From Obrimoposthia wandeli (taxonomy: Eukaryota), in the NCBI GenBank assembly GCA_977020255.1, contig CDROCS010000506.1:2666001-2730000 (forward strand): a stretch of DNA of 64,000 bases, given 5' to 3'. Both the position numbers and the translations under genes were made by a program. Shown here one piece after another: positions 30,058 to 43,328 of the stretch. Positions within the stretch are counted from its first letter, which is position 1. Each line of letters begins with the position of its first letter. Under the pieces are notes generated by a model. The model was not told the origin of the DNA. It saw nothing but the letters and a program-made list of their open reading frames with translations, and searched no databases.

Positions 30058-31317
30058 TTATTTCTTCTTATTCTTCTTAGTACGTTTTTTAGCTTTCAGT
30101 TTCGCTTTTGCAGATACTTTATTCTTACCTGTTGCTGCTACTTTCGCTTTTTTCTTCGTTTTCGATACCGCAATTTTATTCTTTGGTTTCAATTCTTGAA
30201 TTACACGACGTTTAATCGTTTCTTCAGTGTAACGTTCAATTTTACCAAAGATACGTAGATCATGCGCTTCAACCAATGAAATCGCTGTACCTTTCTTACC
30301 GGCACGTGCAGTACGGCCAATACGGTGAACATAAATTTCAGCACTACGTGGTAAATCAAAGTTAAATACATGGCTTACATCTTGTACATCAATACCGCGA
30401 GCGGCGACGTCAGTAGCGACAAGTACTTTTACTTTATCATTTTTAAATTGATTCAGTGAGCGAGTACGTTTTGCTTGGTCCATTTCACCACGTAAATAAG
30501 CACACGGGATCTCTTGAGACTGTAAATAGCTTACTAGTTCAGCTAGACGTTCACGGGTTTTTACAAACACGATAGAACGAGTAGTGCTTTCGTCACGTAA
30601 CCAATGTACTAACAAAGCTTGTTTGTGTGCGTGATTATCAACATAGTGCATGAATTGATGAATCTTAGCTTTTTCTCTACGTGAAGGATTAGCTGTAAAT
30701 TCAGCAGGCTCTTTCAATAGTTCTTCAGCAAAACGCTCAATACCACGGCCTTCTAGGGTCGCAGAAAATAGCATTGTTTGTTGACGACGTGTCATTTCTT
30801 CAGTGATTTTTTTCACGTCATCATAGAAACCCATATCTAACATACGGTCAGCTTCATCTAAAATAAGTACTTCAACAGCAGCACATTCAAATGCATCACG
30901 ACGGATATATTCTAATAAACGACCTGGTGTTGCGATAACAATATCAAGGCTGTTTTTTAAAACTTCAGCGTGTAATGCATAATCCACACCACCCGTTATC
31001 ATTGATACTTTATGGTCAGTATAGGCTGCTAGCATTTTAGCTTGCTGGAATACCTGACTTGCGAGTTCTCGCGTTGGCGTCAAGATAAGTACGCGTCCAG
31101 GGCCTAATTCACGACGTGGAAAGTCAATCAGATGCTGAAAAGCTGGTAATAAAAACGCCAGCGTTTTACCTGTACCTGTCGGTGCAGATGCAAGGATATC
31201 TCTACCATCCATGGCAGTTGGCAATACTTGTTGTTGAATCATTGTTGGTTGAACAAGATTATTGTCAGTAAGTGCGACTATTAATTGATGGTCTAGATCG
31301 AGACTTTCGAAGTCCAT
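30058..31317 (-). CDS. srmB: DEAD-box RNA helicase SrmB
   Basis: APTGTGKT, PTRELA, DEADRMLDMGF, SAT, HRIGRTARAG, basic tail; near trmN6. Confidence 0.95.
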   Translation of the reverse strand: MDFESLDLDHQLIVALTDNNLVQPTMIQQQVLPTAMDGRDILASAPTGTGKTLAFLLPAFQHLIDFPRRELGPGRVLILTPTRELASQVFQQAKMLAAYTDHKVSMITGGVDYALHAEVLKNSLDIVIATPGRLLEYIRRDAFECAAVEVLILDEADRMLDMGFYDDVKKITEEMTRRQQTMLFSATLEGRGIERFAEELLKEPAEFTANPSRREKAKIHQFMHYVDNHAHKQALLVHWLRDESTTRSIVFVKTRERLAELVSYLQSQEIPCAYLRGEMDQAKRTRSLNQFKNDKVKVLVATDVAARGIDVQDVSHVFNFDLPRSAEIYVHRIGRTARAGKKGTAISLVEAHDLRIFGKIERYTEETIKRRVIQELKPKNKIAVSKTKKKAKVAATGKNKVSAKAKLKAKKRTKKNKKK

Positions 31318-31691
31318 AAAACTACCGTATACAAGAGGTTAAAAAGGAAAATGAGGCTATCAATTGCCGTATTTAAACAATGATACGTCAAATTTTTGAT
31401 CGTTAGTCAGCCATTATGGCAGATATGAAGCTCTGAGGGTATTTGTTTTCTACTCAAGTGTTGAAAAAATCATTATTATAGTTCTTAGTATAGCTCTTAC
31501 TATAGTAGTGGGGCATTGTCAGTTTACTGTTGTATATAGGCTATCGTTAAGTGGCCTAGATGACTATTTTACAATACGAGTTACTGATTATATAGATTCG
31601 CGCGGATGCTATATTTTTGGTATCTTAGCGACATATTATTGGTTAACAATTCGAATTAACTTGTCATTATTTAAATTAAGGTTATTAATTC

Positions 31692-32654
31692 ATGAGCTTA
31701 CGTGCTTTATTGCCCACTGCAAGATGGTCTTTCGTGATATTACTACTGTCTTTCGCTACATCGATTTATGCCGAAGATAAGTATTATTCCGATAACGAGG
31801 GTAAGATATCTAATGACGGTTACTGGGGATCAAAGCGCGGTCATGTTGGTGGTGAAGAAAAACGTAAACCAACACCGCCAGCGTCAGTTCCAGAAGAACC
31901 TGAATTTGAAGCACTTGAATTTACAAGACCGATCTATTCTAAACTCAGTTTTGGATTGCAGCTAAACAGTAATTATGATGATTACTCGCGTCACGGCAGT
32001 TCACTGGCGAATAATCCCGGCTTGGACTATGTAGTAGATAATGTTTTTACCGAAGATTTAGTATGGCAAGCAAATATTGATTACAAAAATGACGATATTC
32101 TTATATCTAATGGCATAGGTATTTTGCCTGAAGATAGTCTTATTGGTATTGGCGTTAATGCTTTTTGGGACATGGAAGTTGATTCTGGTGAGCAACGTTT
32201 ATCTGTCGGTACTAAGTATGATGACCCAGATTATATCTTTAATCTTTCATCGAATATCTATTTTCCAGTGTCGGGTAAAGATGAAGCAGATGATCTGGTA
32301 AATAGCATGGATATTCGGGCTGAGGGAGCTATTACGCCGACGTTACAATTCCATAGTTCGTTTGAGTACTTTTTTGGGGATAATATCCAAATTAATGATG
32401 ATTACGACCCCTCCGATAATAGCCATAAATTTACTGCAGGTTTGGATTATACCCCGATACCGTTATTGCAATTTGGTGTTGAAGCAACAAAAGTAAAAGA
32501 GCATGACGTAGGTTATGGGGTGTACCTCTATTTCAATTACGATCCATGGCGTCCACTAAATGAACAGTTAGAACTGATTTTGGATAATGATTTTTCTATG
32601 CACGAAATGATCCCATTCTCACGTTCAACCGTGCTATCTCGTACAGCCGAGTAA
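31692..32654 (+). CDS. Inverse autotransporter (invasin/intimin-type) beta-barrel domain protein without passenger
   Basis: Signal peptide; GVNAFWD, SSNIYFP, GLDYTPIPLL, PWRPLNEQL resemble invasin beta-domain motifs. Confidence 0.75.
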   Translation: MSLRALLPTARWSFVILLLSFATSIYAEDKYYSDNEGKISNDGYWGSKRGHVGGEEKRKPTPPASVPEEPEFEALEFTRPIYSKLSFGLQLNSNYDDYSRHGSSLANNPGLDYVVDNVFTEDLVWQANIDYKNDDILISNGIGILPEDSLIGIGVNAFWDMEVDSGEQRLSVGTKYDDPDYIFNLSSNIYFPVSGKDEADDLVNSMDIRAEGAITPTLQFHSSFEYFFGDNIQINDDYDPSDNSHKFTAGLDYTPIPLLQFGVEATKVKEHDVGYGVYLYFNYDPWRPLNEQLELILDNDFSMHEMIPFSRSTVLSRTAE

Positions 32655-32703
32655 TAGTGAAATTATATACTGTGTTGTTATATTTAAGATGGTCGGATAG
32701 TCA

Positions 32704-33447
32704 GTGACAAATAAAAATGATGGTTTTAGTTTTAAGCAGTTTCATGTTTCACACGCAGATTGTGCGATGAAAGTGGGGACGGACGGTATTTTGCTTGGTG
32801 GTTGGGCTAATGTGAATACAGTCTCTCCTGAGCCGTTAAAAGTATTGGATATTGGTACTGGTTCGGGGCTGATTAGCCTGATGCTTGCGCAACGTTGCCA
32901 GGGTAATCTGCAGGCTATAGCGATTGATATTGATACGTCAGCGTGCCAACAAGCCAAGCGTAATGTTGATAACTCACCATGGTCATCTTCGATAGCAGTG
33001 GAACATGTTGCTCTTCAGGTATTAACTCAAACCTATAAAGCACAACCTGCTATGTTCGATCTTATCGTCTCTAATCCGCCTTATTTTGTACATGGCCAAG
33101 AATTTAGTGATGATGCCCGTCAAACCGCAAGGCATACTGGCAGTCTTACTCATCAAGAACTGGTCGATTGTGCCTTGCAACTGTTATCCCCTCATGGCCG
33201 AATTGCGTTAGTACTGCCTTATGAGTCGGGTTGTGAACTAGCCACTTACTGCCAACAATTAGGTAATTTGAGTCTTACTTGCTTAAACATAAAAACTACC
33301 CCTAAAAAACCTTACAAACGCATGCTCATGAATATTCAACGTGGTGAGACGGCTTTGAAAAAACAAGTGCTTACTATTCATGATCCTGACGGCAGTTATT
33401 CCAATGATTACCAACTAATCACTAAAGAATTTTATTTAAAGATGTAA
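32704..33447 (+). CDS. trmN6: tRNA1(Val) A37 N6-methyltransferase
   Basis: FSFKQF, MKVGTDG, LDIGTGSG, IVSNPPYF. Confidence 0.92.
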   Translation: MTNKNDGFSFKQFHVSHADCAMKVGTDGILLGGWANVNTVSPEPLKVLDIGTGSGLISLMLAQRCQGNLQAIAIDIDTSACQQAKRNVDNSPWSSSIAVEHVALQVLTQTYKAQPAMFDLIVSNPPYFVHGQEFSDDARQTARHTGSLTHQELVDCALQLLSPHGRIALVLPYESGCELATYCQQLGNLSLTCLNIKTTPKKPYKRMLMNIQRGETALKKQVLTIHDPDGSYSNDYQLITKEFYLKM

Positions 33448-33671
33448 TACCACTAAGCTGTTCTCGGATTTACGCTTGCACTTAATGACCAGATTGTTAG
33501 TATCGGTCTTTAATGGGTGAGTGGCTAATACAAAATTCTTTTCAAGAACATAATTATAATACTTTGTGCTACACCGGCTGGGGAACTATTTCTCATGCTT
33601 ACTTCATGGAAGAAGTGAACAAATGAAAACACAACATTTTCTTAGCAGAGATTATTTAAGTAGAGAGTATA

Positions 33672-34997
33672 ATGACTATAAAATTAAAAACAGCTGATGT
33701 TTTAGCCATCGGTTTTATGACGTTTGCGTTCTTTTTAGGCGCAGGTAATATCATCTTTCCACCACTAGCGGGTAACCTTGCTGGTCAATCCTTTATGCCT
33801 GCGATGTTTGGTTTCCTTGCTACTGCAGTTGGCTTACCCCTTATTACCATAATCGCAGTTGCAAAAGCCGGTGGTGGTTTAATTACCATGACACGTTTCT
33901 TACCTGCAATGGCCGCAACGGCAATCGCGGTGGCGATTTACATCATCATAGGTCCTGCGTTTGCAGCGCCAAGAACAAGTCTAGTTGCTTATGAAATGGG
34001 CATTAAACCTTTCCTAGGCGATGCTGCAAATGACACGACACTGGCAGTGTACTCTGTGGTGTTTTTCATTATCACTGCTTATTTTGCGCTAAGCCAAGGT
34101 AAATTAATTGATAATATAGGTAAAATTTTAACGCCTGCATTAATCGCGCTATTAACAGTGCTAGCGATCGCGGTATTTGTTATGCCACAAGGTGACATCG
34201 GCATCGCGCGTGAAGCGTACGTTGATAGCCCATTTACGAAAGGTTTCCTTGAAGGTTATAACACCATGGATACGTTTGCGTCATTGATGTTTGGTATGTT
34301 GATTATCAACGTACTAAAAAGCAAAGGCGTAACAGATAAAGCAGGCCAATTTAAGTACTTGGTGATGGCGGGTTCTATTGCTGCAGCAGGTCTGGCGTTT
34401 GTTTATATTTCACTATTCTACTTAGGCGCAACGAGCCAATCGTTGATTGCTGCTGGTGCTGATGTAAACGGTGGCATGATCTTAGCTATTTATGTGCAAG
34501 CACTATTCGGCATGCCTGGTCAGTATATTCTAGCGGCAGTGGTTAGCTTAGCTTGTTTAACAACGGCTGTAGGCCTAGCAAGTGCGGTTGCTGAGTTCTT
34601 CCATGAATTGAAACCACAATGGTCATACAAAATGCTTGTTGTGATTAACTGTGTTGCCTGTGCGATTGTTGCTAATGTTGGCTTATCACAGCTTATCAGC
34701 ATTTCTGTGCCAGTATTATTTGCGGTATATCCGATTGCGATTGCGATTGTTGCACTTATCTTATTACAAGAGCGTTTTCCTAACCCACAGTTTGCATTCC
34801 GTCTAGTGATGGTTGTTGCATTCATGTTTGGTGTGTTAGACGGTCTGAAAGTGGCTGGTTTGGCGATGAGTGGTTTTGAATTTCTACCATTGTTTGATCA
34901 AGGTTTAGCTTGGGTATTACCAACAGCACTTGCTATAATCGTATCGATTGTTGCAATGCGTCCGCAAGCGAATATTAATGCGGCAGCTGCTAAATAG
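33672..34997 (+). CDS. brnQ: Branched-chain amino acid transporter
   Basis: FAFFLGAGNIIFPP, EGYNTMD, ACLTTAVGL. Confidence 0.95.
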   Translation: MTIKLKTADVLAIGFMTFAFFLGAGNIIFPPLAGNLAGQSFMPAMFGFLATAVGLPLITIIAVAKAGGGLITMTRFLPAMAATAIAVAIYIIIGPAFAAPRTSLVAYEMGIKPFLGDAANDTTLAVYSVVFFIITAYFALSQGKLIDNIGKILTPALIALLTVLAIAVFVMPQGDIGIAREAYVDSPFTKGFLEGYNTMDTFASLMFGMLIINVLKSKGVTDKAGQFKYLVMAGSIAAAGLAFVYISLFYLGATSQSLIAAGADVNGGMILAIYVQALFGMPGQYILAAVVSLACLTTAVGLASAVAEFFHELKPQWSYKMLVVINCVACAIVANVGLSQLISISVPVLFAVYPIAIAIVALILLQERFPNPQFAFRLVMVVAFMFGVLDGLKVAGLAMSGFEFLPLFDQGLAWVLPTALAIIVSIVAMRPQANINAAAAK

Positions 34998-35038
34998 TTT
35001 TAATTAGTGCTCTAAATGAGATCTGATTAAACTAATTT

Positions 35039-35068
35039 AAAATCCGTTCCTCAGAGAACGGATTTTTT
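35039..35068 (+). terminator. Terminator after brnQ
   Basis: AAAATCCGTTC/GAACGGATTTT stem plus T run. Confidence 0.8.
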
Positions 35069-35117
35069 ATGCGATTTTTTTTGGTGCTTACAATATGTGG
35101 CGCTATAATAAGGTGGT

Positions 35118-35303
35118 TTGATGGATAATGAACTGTGGTTAGCGTTAGCGATTGTATTTATCATCGAAGGTATAATGCCGATGTTGATGCCTAAACAATG
35201 GCAAAAAATGCTCGCGTTTATTAGTCAGCAACCTACTGACAAAGTACGTAAATATGCTGGTTGCTTAGTTGTAACTGGTTTTGTATTATTGTTTACGTTG
35301 TAA
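35118..35303 (+). CDS. yjeT: DUF2065/YjeT small membrane protein
   Basis: ALAIVFIIEGIMPML.PKQWQK; upstream of purA. Confidence 0.85.
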   Translation: MMDNELWLALAIVFIIEGIMPMLMPKQWQKMLAFISQQPTDKVRKYAGCLVVTGFVLLFTL

Positions 35304-35420
35304 TTTTTTTGTACAACAGAACAATTTTTTGTACAGTAGAACAATAAGTAAAGTTATATTTTCCGATTTTAATGAGATAGAACTCAAATTTTTTAAACAT
35401 TTTGATTTAAATTTTGCTAG

Positions 35421-36752
<1,332 letters not shown>

Positions 36753-36950
36753 GTCTGTTTGGTTAAGCTAATAAATAAAAAGGTCGCTAACGCGACCTTT
36801 TTTGTATATAAAATTCAGAGATCAAGCGTAGACTTTTAAGTCCGTTTTAAACGTCACGAACATGATATTGCAGATATAAAAAAACCGCATCATAGTCGCT
36901 GCGGTTTTTGTTTAATTGGGCTTAGGTTTACATCCCAAATTAAGACTTTA

Positions 36951-37922
36951 TTAGTTACTGCGATTTGCTGCAATATAAGCTAACGAAATAAGCGCTTGCT
37001 TGTATTCAGACTCTGGTAATACTGCAATTGCTGCAACCGCTAAATCAGCTTCTTGTTGTGCTTTATCGAAACAGTAATTCAGTGAGCCTGTACGTTCAAG
37101 AATTGCCAGAATAGCATCAAGATTGTCCATGCCAGTCATTTTCTCGATTGCTTCGCGCACCATCAATGCTTCAGCTTCAGTACCGTTCGCCATCGCATGA
37201 ATTAATGGCAGTGTTGGTTTACCTTCAGCAAGATCGTCACCGACGTTTTTACCCATTTCTTGAGCATCCGCGGTGTAATCCATCACATCATCGATAAGTT
37301 GGAATGCTGCACCTAAATGTACACCATAATCAATCATCGCTTGTTCGATGTCTGCAGGCTGCTCTGAGATAACCGCGGCAAGTTGTGTCGCTGCTTCAAA
37401 CAGTTTCGCTGTCTTATAATAGATAACGTCCATATAACGCTTTTCGTCAGTGTCGGCATCATTACAGTTCATCAATTGTAATACTTCACCTTCAGCAATC
37501 ACATTGGTTGCATCGGACAAAATATCGATGATTTTACTGTTATGCAGTTTTGCCATCATTTGAAAAGAACGTGAATAAAGGAAATCACCGACTAATACGC
37601 TTGCGGCATTACCAAACATTGCGTTTGCGGTATCGCGACCGCGACGCATGTCTGATTCATCAACTACATCATCATGTAATAGTGTTGAAGTATGAATGAA
37701 CTCGATGATAGCGGCTACATCAACATGTTGTTGGCCCTGGTAACCCAGTGCACGTGCACTTAACGTTGCGATTAGTGGACGAATGCGTTTACCGCCACCA
37801 TTTACAATGTAATAACCCACTTGATTAACGAGGGCAACATCAGATTGCAGTCGCTCTAGAATGAGTTCATTGACAGCGTCCATATCTTGTTTAGATAACG
37901 CTTGAATGGCTTTTATGTCCAT
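36951..37922 (-). CDS. ispB: Octaprenyl diphosphate synthase
   Basis: GGKRIRP, LLHDDVVD, FQLIDD; divergent from rplU. Confidence 0.95.
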   Translation of the reverse strand: MDIKAIQALSKQDMDAVNELILERLQSDVALVNQVGYYIVNGGGKRIRPLIATLSARALGYQGQQHVDVAAIIEFIHTSTLLHDDVVDESDMRRGRDTANAMFGNAASVLVGDFLYSRSFQMMAKLHNSKIIDILSDATNVIAEGEVLQLMNCNDADTDEKRYMDVIYYKTAKLFEAATQLAAVISEQPADIEQAMIDYGVHLGAAFQLIDDVMDYTADAQEMGKNVGDDLAEGKPTLPLIHAMANGTEAEALMVREAIEKMTGMDNLDAILAILERTGSLNYCFDKAQQEADLAVAAIAVLPESEYKQALISLAYIAANRSN

Positions 37923-38242
37923 GTGTAAAGATTCCGTGCTGCTTTATATAGTGGTATGACGATTTTTTAAGACTATTAATAGCTATATTCATCGCTAGCC
38001 CTATCTTGATAGTACGCTATAAGATAAAATACCCGTCAAATTTATGTCGTAATTGTACACTAAATTGGAATTGCCGAAAGGCTTAAGCGGTCGCGATTTA
38101 CTACTTTCCTGCTTATTTATATTTATTTTAAAAATCAGCTTGCCTAACTGCAAAGTTTTGAGTAGAATTCGCGCCATTGTTATAAATTATTATGACGTGT
38201 CGCTACCTAAGGTACGCTAGACACGAATCGGAGTCAGAAAAC

Positions 38243-38551
38243 ATGTATGCTGTTTTCCTTAGCGGTGGCAAACAACACCGCGTTGTTGAAGGTCAAACTC
38301 TTCGTCTAGAACTTCTAGACGTTGAAGCTGGTTCAAACATCGAATTTAATGAAGTACTAATGGTAGCTAACGGCGAGAATATCGAAGTTGGCGCACCTTA
38401 CCTTGATGGTAAAAAAATCACTGCTGAAGTGGTATCTCATGGTCGTGCGGATAAAATTAAAATCGTTTATTTCCGTCGTCGTAAGCACTCTCGTAAACAG
38501 ATGGGTCACCGTCAATGGTTTACAGAAGTTAAGATTACTAAAATCGCTTAA
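38243..38551 (+). CDS. rplU: 50S ribosomal protein L21
   Basis: [14 protein letters not shown]...GHRQWFT. Confidence 0.98.
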   Translation: MYAVFLSGGKQHRVVEGQTLRLELLDVEAGSNIEFNEVLMVANGENIEVGAPYLDGKKITAEVVSHGRADKIKIVYFRRRKHSRKQMGHRQWFTEVKITKIA

Positions 38552-38567
38552 TCAGGAGTACTAAAAG

Positions 38568-38825
38568 ATGGCACATAAGAAAGCTGGTGGTAGTACCAAT
38601 AACGGACGTGATTCAGAAAGTAAACGCTTAGGCGTTAAACGCTTTGGTGGCGAATCAGTTCTTGCGGGTAACATTCTAGTTCGTCAACGTGGTACTAAAT
38701 TCCACGCTGGTACAAACGTAGGTTGTGGTCGTGACCACACTCTATTCGCTAAAGCTAGCGGTAAAGTGCAGTTCGAAATTAAAGGACCACAAAACCGTAA
38801 GTTCATTAGCATTGTAGCTGAATAA
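38568..38825 (+). CDS. rpmA: 50S ribosomal protein L27
   Basis: [16 protein letters not shown]. Confidence 0.99.
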   Translation: MAHKKAGGSTNNGRDSESKRLGVKRFGGESVLAGNILVRQRGTKFHAGTNVGCGRDHTLFAKASGKVQFEIKGPQNRKFISIVAE

Positions 38826-39047
38826 TTTCAGCGCAAACTAAGAATTTTTAAACCCCGCCTATATGGCGGGGTTTTTTTATTGTAAAAATAAACTTTAACA
38901 ATAAAATAGAATAAAATGTTGAGAGAGAATATTGACCCATACAAGCAGGTTAAGCTTGGTTAGTCATGAAACTCCATAGAAGTTGATAGTTGCACGGATT
39001 AATTAATTTATTCACCGCGTTAACGTGGTTACTATGTGATTCGTTAA

Positions 39048-40274
<1,227 letters not shown>

Positions 40275-40691
40275 GAATCATAAAAAAATGACTTAATAAT
40301 CATTTTTATTGAAAAATACCAGCGTAATGCTGGTATTTTTTTATCTGAAAAATAGTACTTTCAGGGACTTGAGAGCTTTTTCATCAATAGATTATTATTT
40401 TCACTAATTAAAGTGCGCATTTTAGACAAAAAACTTTCAATTTAACGCGAATTAACAGATAATCCCGCCCGTTCACAAAGTGAATATAGCAGGTAATAAT
40501 TACCTATATTTTAAATCCGGTTAGTTAATAATTGTCAGCTTAGAACTTTCCACTTTTCCGCTAAGCGACAGCCATTTATTAAACAACCAGTCATCTTCGT
40601 CTGTATCTATCAGTTGCTGAAAGAGCAATAAATACAGGCAAGCACTGCCATATAGTGCGTAAGATGAACGAAATAAAAAGTGAGTACCTAA

Positions 40692-42041
40692 ATGAATACC
40701 GCAAGTAAGTCTACCTCTGAATCAAAAAACACTTCTGCTTTTGCCACTTTGATGGAAAAGTTGTTTAAGCTTAAAGCACATAACACCACGATTAAAACAG
40801 AAGTAATGGCTGGTTTAACGACTTTCGTTACCATGGCTTACATCCTATTTGTTAACCCTGACATCATGTCTATTGCTGGTATGGATTATCAAGCAGTATT
40901 CGTTGCAACGGCACTGAGTGCGGCAATTGGTTGTATCTTCATGGGTCTTTACGCTAACTGGCCGGTAGGTTTAGCACCAGGCATGGGTCTGAATGCATTC
41001 TTTACTTTCGCAGTAGTGAAAGGCATGGAATATTCTTGGCAGGTAGCATTAGGCGCAGTATTCATTTCAAGTATCATATTCGTGATCATGAGTGTGACTA
41101 AATTACGCGGTTGGATCATCGATAGCATCCCGCATAGCTTACGTTATGCAATGACAGCGGGTGTTGGTCTGTTCTTAGGTATTATCGGCTTAAAAGCAGC
41201 GGGTATCATTACAGCTAGCCCTGCAACGTTAGTAACACTAGGTAACTTCCACGACCCTAAAGTAATTTTAGGTGCATTAAGCTTCCTTATCATTGCCATT
41301 TTAGCAACGCGTAAAGTATTCGGCGCAGTACTTATTGGTATTATCGTAGTGACAGTTATCAGCGCAGTGATGGGTCTAGTTACCTTACCTGAGCAAGCTG
41401 TATCATTACCGACTGGCTTATCAAAAACATTCATGCAAATGGACGTTATGGGTGCGTTAGACGTATCTATGGTGAGTGTAATCCTCGCATTCCTATTTGT
41501 TAACATGTTTGATACCGCTGGTACTATGATCGGCGTGGCTGATAAAGCAGGCATGTACAATAAAGACGGCAAAATTGAAAATCTAAACAAAGCCTTAACA
41601 GCAGATAGTGTTGCAAGTGTTGCTGGCGCGATGATTGGTTGCCCACCAGTAACAACATACGTTGAAAGTAATGCCGGTATTGCTGAAGGTGGCCGTACAG
41701 GTTTAACTGCGGTTGTTGTTGGTCTGCTGTTCTTAGCGGCGATGTTCTTTGCTCCGATAGCACAGATTGTACCAAGCTATGCAACTGCGGGCGCATTAAT
41801 CTATGTTGCTTTCTTAATGGTTGGTAGCTTGAATAAAGTTAACTGGGATGAATTCACTGATTACGTTCCAGCTGCAATTACTGCAATCATGATGCCGTTA
41901 ACGTATTCAATTGCTGATGGTATTATCTTAGGCTTCCTATCATTTGCTATTATCAAGCATGCGACTGGTCGTTCTGCAGATGTATCATTAGGTATGAACG
42001 TACTTGCAGTGGTATTCATTGCGAAACTTGCATTCATCTAG
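40692..42041 (+). CDS. NCS2 family (AdeP/PurP-type) purine permease
   Basis: TEVMAGLTTFVTMAYI, APGMGLNAFF, ESNAGIAEGGRTG. Confidence 0.9.
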   Translation: MNTASKSTSESKNTSAFATLMEKLFKLKAHNTTIKTEVMAGLTTFVTMAYILFVNPDIMSIAGMDYQAVFVATALSAAIGCIFMGLYANWPVGLAPGMGLNAFFTFAVVKGMEYSWQVALGAVFISSIIFVIMSVTKLRGWIIDSIPHSLRYAMTAGVGLFLGIIGLKAAGIITASPATLVTLGNFHDPKVILGALSFLIIAILATRKVFGAVLIGIIVVTVISAVMGLVTLPEQAVSLPTGLSKTFMQMDVMGALDVSMVSVILAFLFVNMFDTAGTMIGVADKAGMYNKDGKIENLNKALTADSVASVAGAMIGCPPVTTYVESNAGIAEGGRTGLTAVVVGLLFLAAMFFAPIAQIVPSYATAGALIYVAFLMVGSLNKVNWDEFTDYVPAAITAIMMPLTYSIADGIILGFLSFAIIKHATGRSADVSLGMNVLAVVFIAKLAFI

Positions 42042-42214
42042 TTTGAATATAATACTGCCAAGGTGATGCTGCTAAGATAAGCGTCACCTTGATGTTAAAA
42101 AATGCCAGCTGATTACGTGCCATTAGGTCGTATGATGCTGGCATTTTTGATCTTGCCCCTATCATCTCAAGTGTTACACTTTCAATTACTTCAAATAATT
42201 ATAAGCGAGGCATA

Positions 42215-42559
42215 ATGCCAAAATTAGAATCTCAATGTTGCCCAGAACCGCAATGTAGTGCAGAACTGCCAGCGTTGGATGATAAGCATATTGCCTCACT
42301 AGCGCATTTGTTTCACTTATTGGGTGATGAAGGGCGTATTCGTTTAGTGCTTGCATGCATGGCTGGGCCTGTTGCTGTGTCTGAATTATCAGCTGTGTCA
42401 GGTATGTCACAATCATTAACCAGTCATCATTTACGTCACTTACGTGAAGCGCGTATTTTACGTTCTGAACGTCAAGGTAAACAAATACTCTATCGACTTG
42501 ATGATCACCATATCCGTCACGTAGTTCATGATCTTGCGTGCCACGTTACTGAGCACTAA
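42215..42559 (+). CDS. ArsR/SmtB family metal-sensing repressor
   Basis: LGDEGRIRL, SQSLTSHHLRHLR, RQGKQILY, DDHH. Confidence 0.9.
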   Translation: MPKLESQCCPEPQCSAELPALDDKHIASLAHLFHLLGDEGRIRLVLACMAGPVAVSELSAVSGMSQSLTSHHLRHLREARILRSERQGKQILYRLDDHHIRHVVHDLACHVTEH

Positions 42560-42595
42560 TTACCTGTTTAATTATTAAATTTTGAAGAGTTTGTT

Positions 42596-43216
42596 ATGCG
42601 AAACCTGTTTATTGAATTTCTAACACAGTTGGGGAGCGATGACCGCGCCCATGATATTGATCATATTGAACGTGTTGTTGCTACAGCGAGGCAACTTGCT
42701 AATAGCGAAGGTGCAGATCTTGCGATCTTAGAGCCAGCTGCCTGGCTGCATGATTGTGTTGCAGTTGCCAAGGATCACCCGCAGCGCAAGCAAGCCTCAT
42801 TATTAGCAGCTGATCGCGCTGTTGAATTTTTACAGCAAATAGATTATCCAACGCAATATCACAAAGCTATTCACCACGCGATTGTTGCTCACAGTTTTAG
42901 CGCTAATATTCCGCCTGAAACTTTAGAAGCGAAAATATTGCAAGACGCAGATCGTATGGATGCGTTAGGCGCGATAGGTATTGCCCGTTGTATTTTAGTT
43001 GGCGGCAAACTGAACCGTCAGCTTTATAGTGCTATTGATCCGCTATGTGAAACACGTGAACCTGATGACAATGTGTATACGTTAGATCACTTCTTTACCA
43101 AGTTATTAACGCTCGGTGACAGCATGCAAACACAAGCAGCTAAGGCTGAAGCTCAGCGTCGTAGTGTGTATATGCGTGATTTCTTAGTACAGCTGCAGTC
43201 GGAATTACTGACATAG
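42596..43216 (+). CDS. HD-domain phosphohydrolase (YedJ-like)
   Basis: AHDIDHIERV, WLHD, HSFS, QDADRMDALGAIG. Confidence 0.9.
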   Translation: MRNLFIEFLTQLGSDDRAHDIDHIERVVATARQLANSEGADLAILEPAAWLHDCVAVAKDHPQRKQASLLAADRAVEFLQQIDYPTQYHKAIHHAIVAHSFSANIPPETLEAKILQDADRMDALGAIGIARCILVGGKLNRQLYSAIDPLCETREPDDNVYTLDHFFTKLLTLGDSMQTQAAKAEAQRRSVYMRDFLVQLQSELLT

Positions 43217-43328
43217 CAGAGTACGATTAACGTCGTCACATCATGATCCTGTACAACTAAGCTAATTTATTCGTTAATAATAACGACTGAATTAGCTTTT
43301 TTTTGTAAATACACTTGAATGAAAGTTA

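Noticed and set aside
33513-33626. 37-aa upstream ORF as a brnQ attenuator peptide
   Set aside because: No SD, not enriched in Leu/Ile/Val codons, no attenuator terminator
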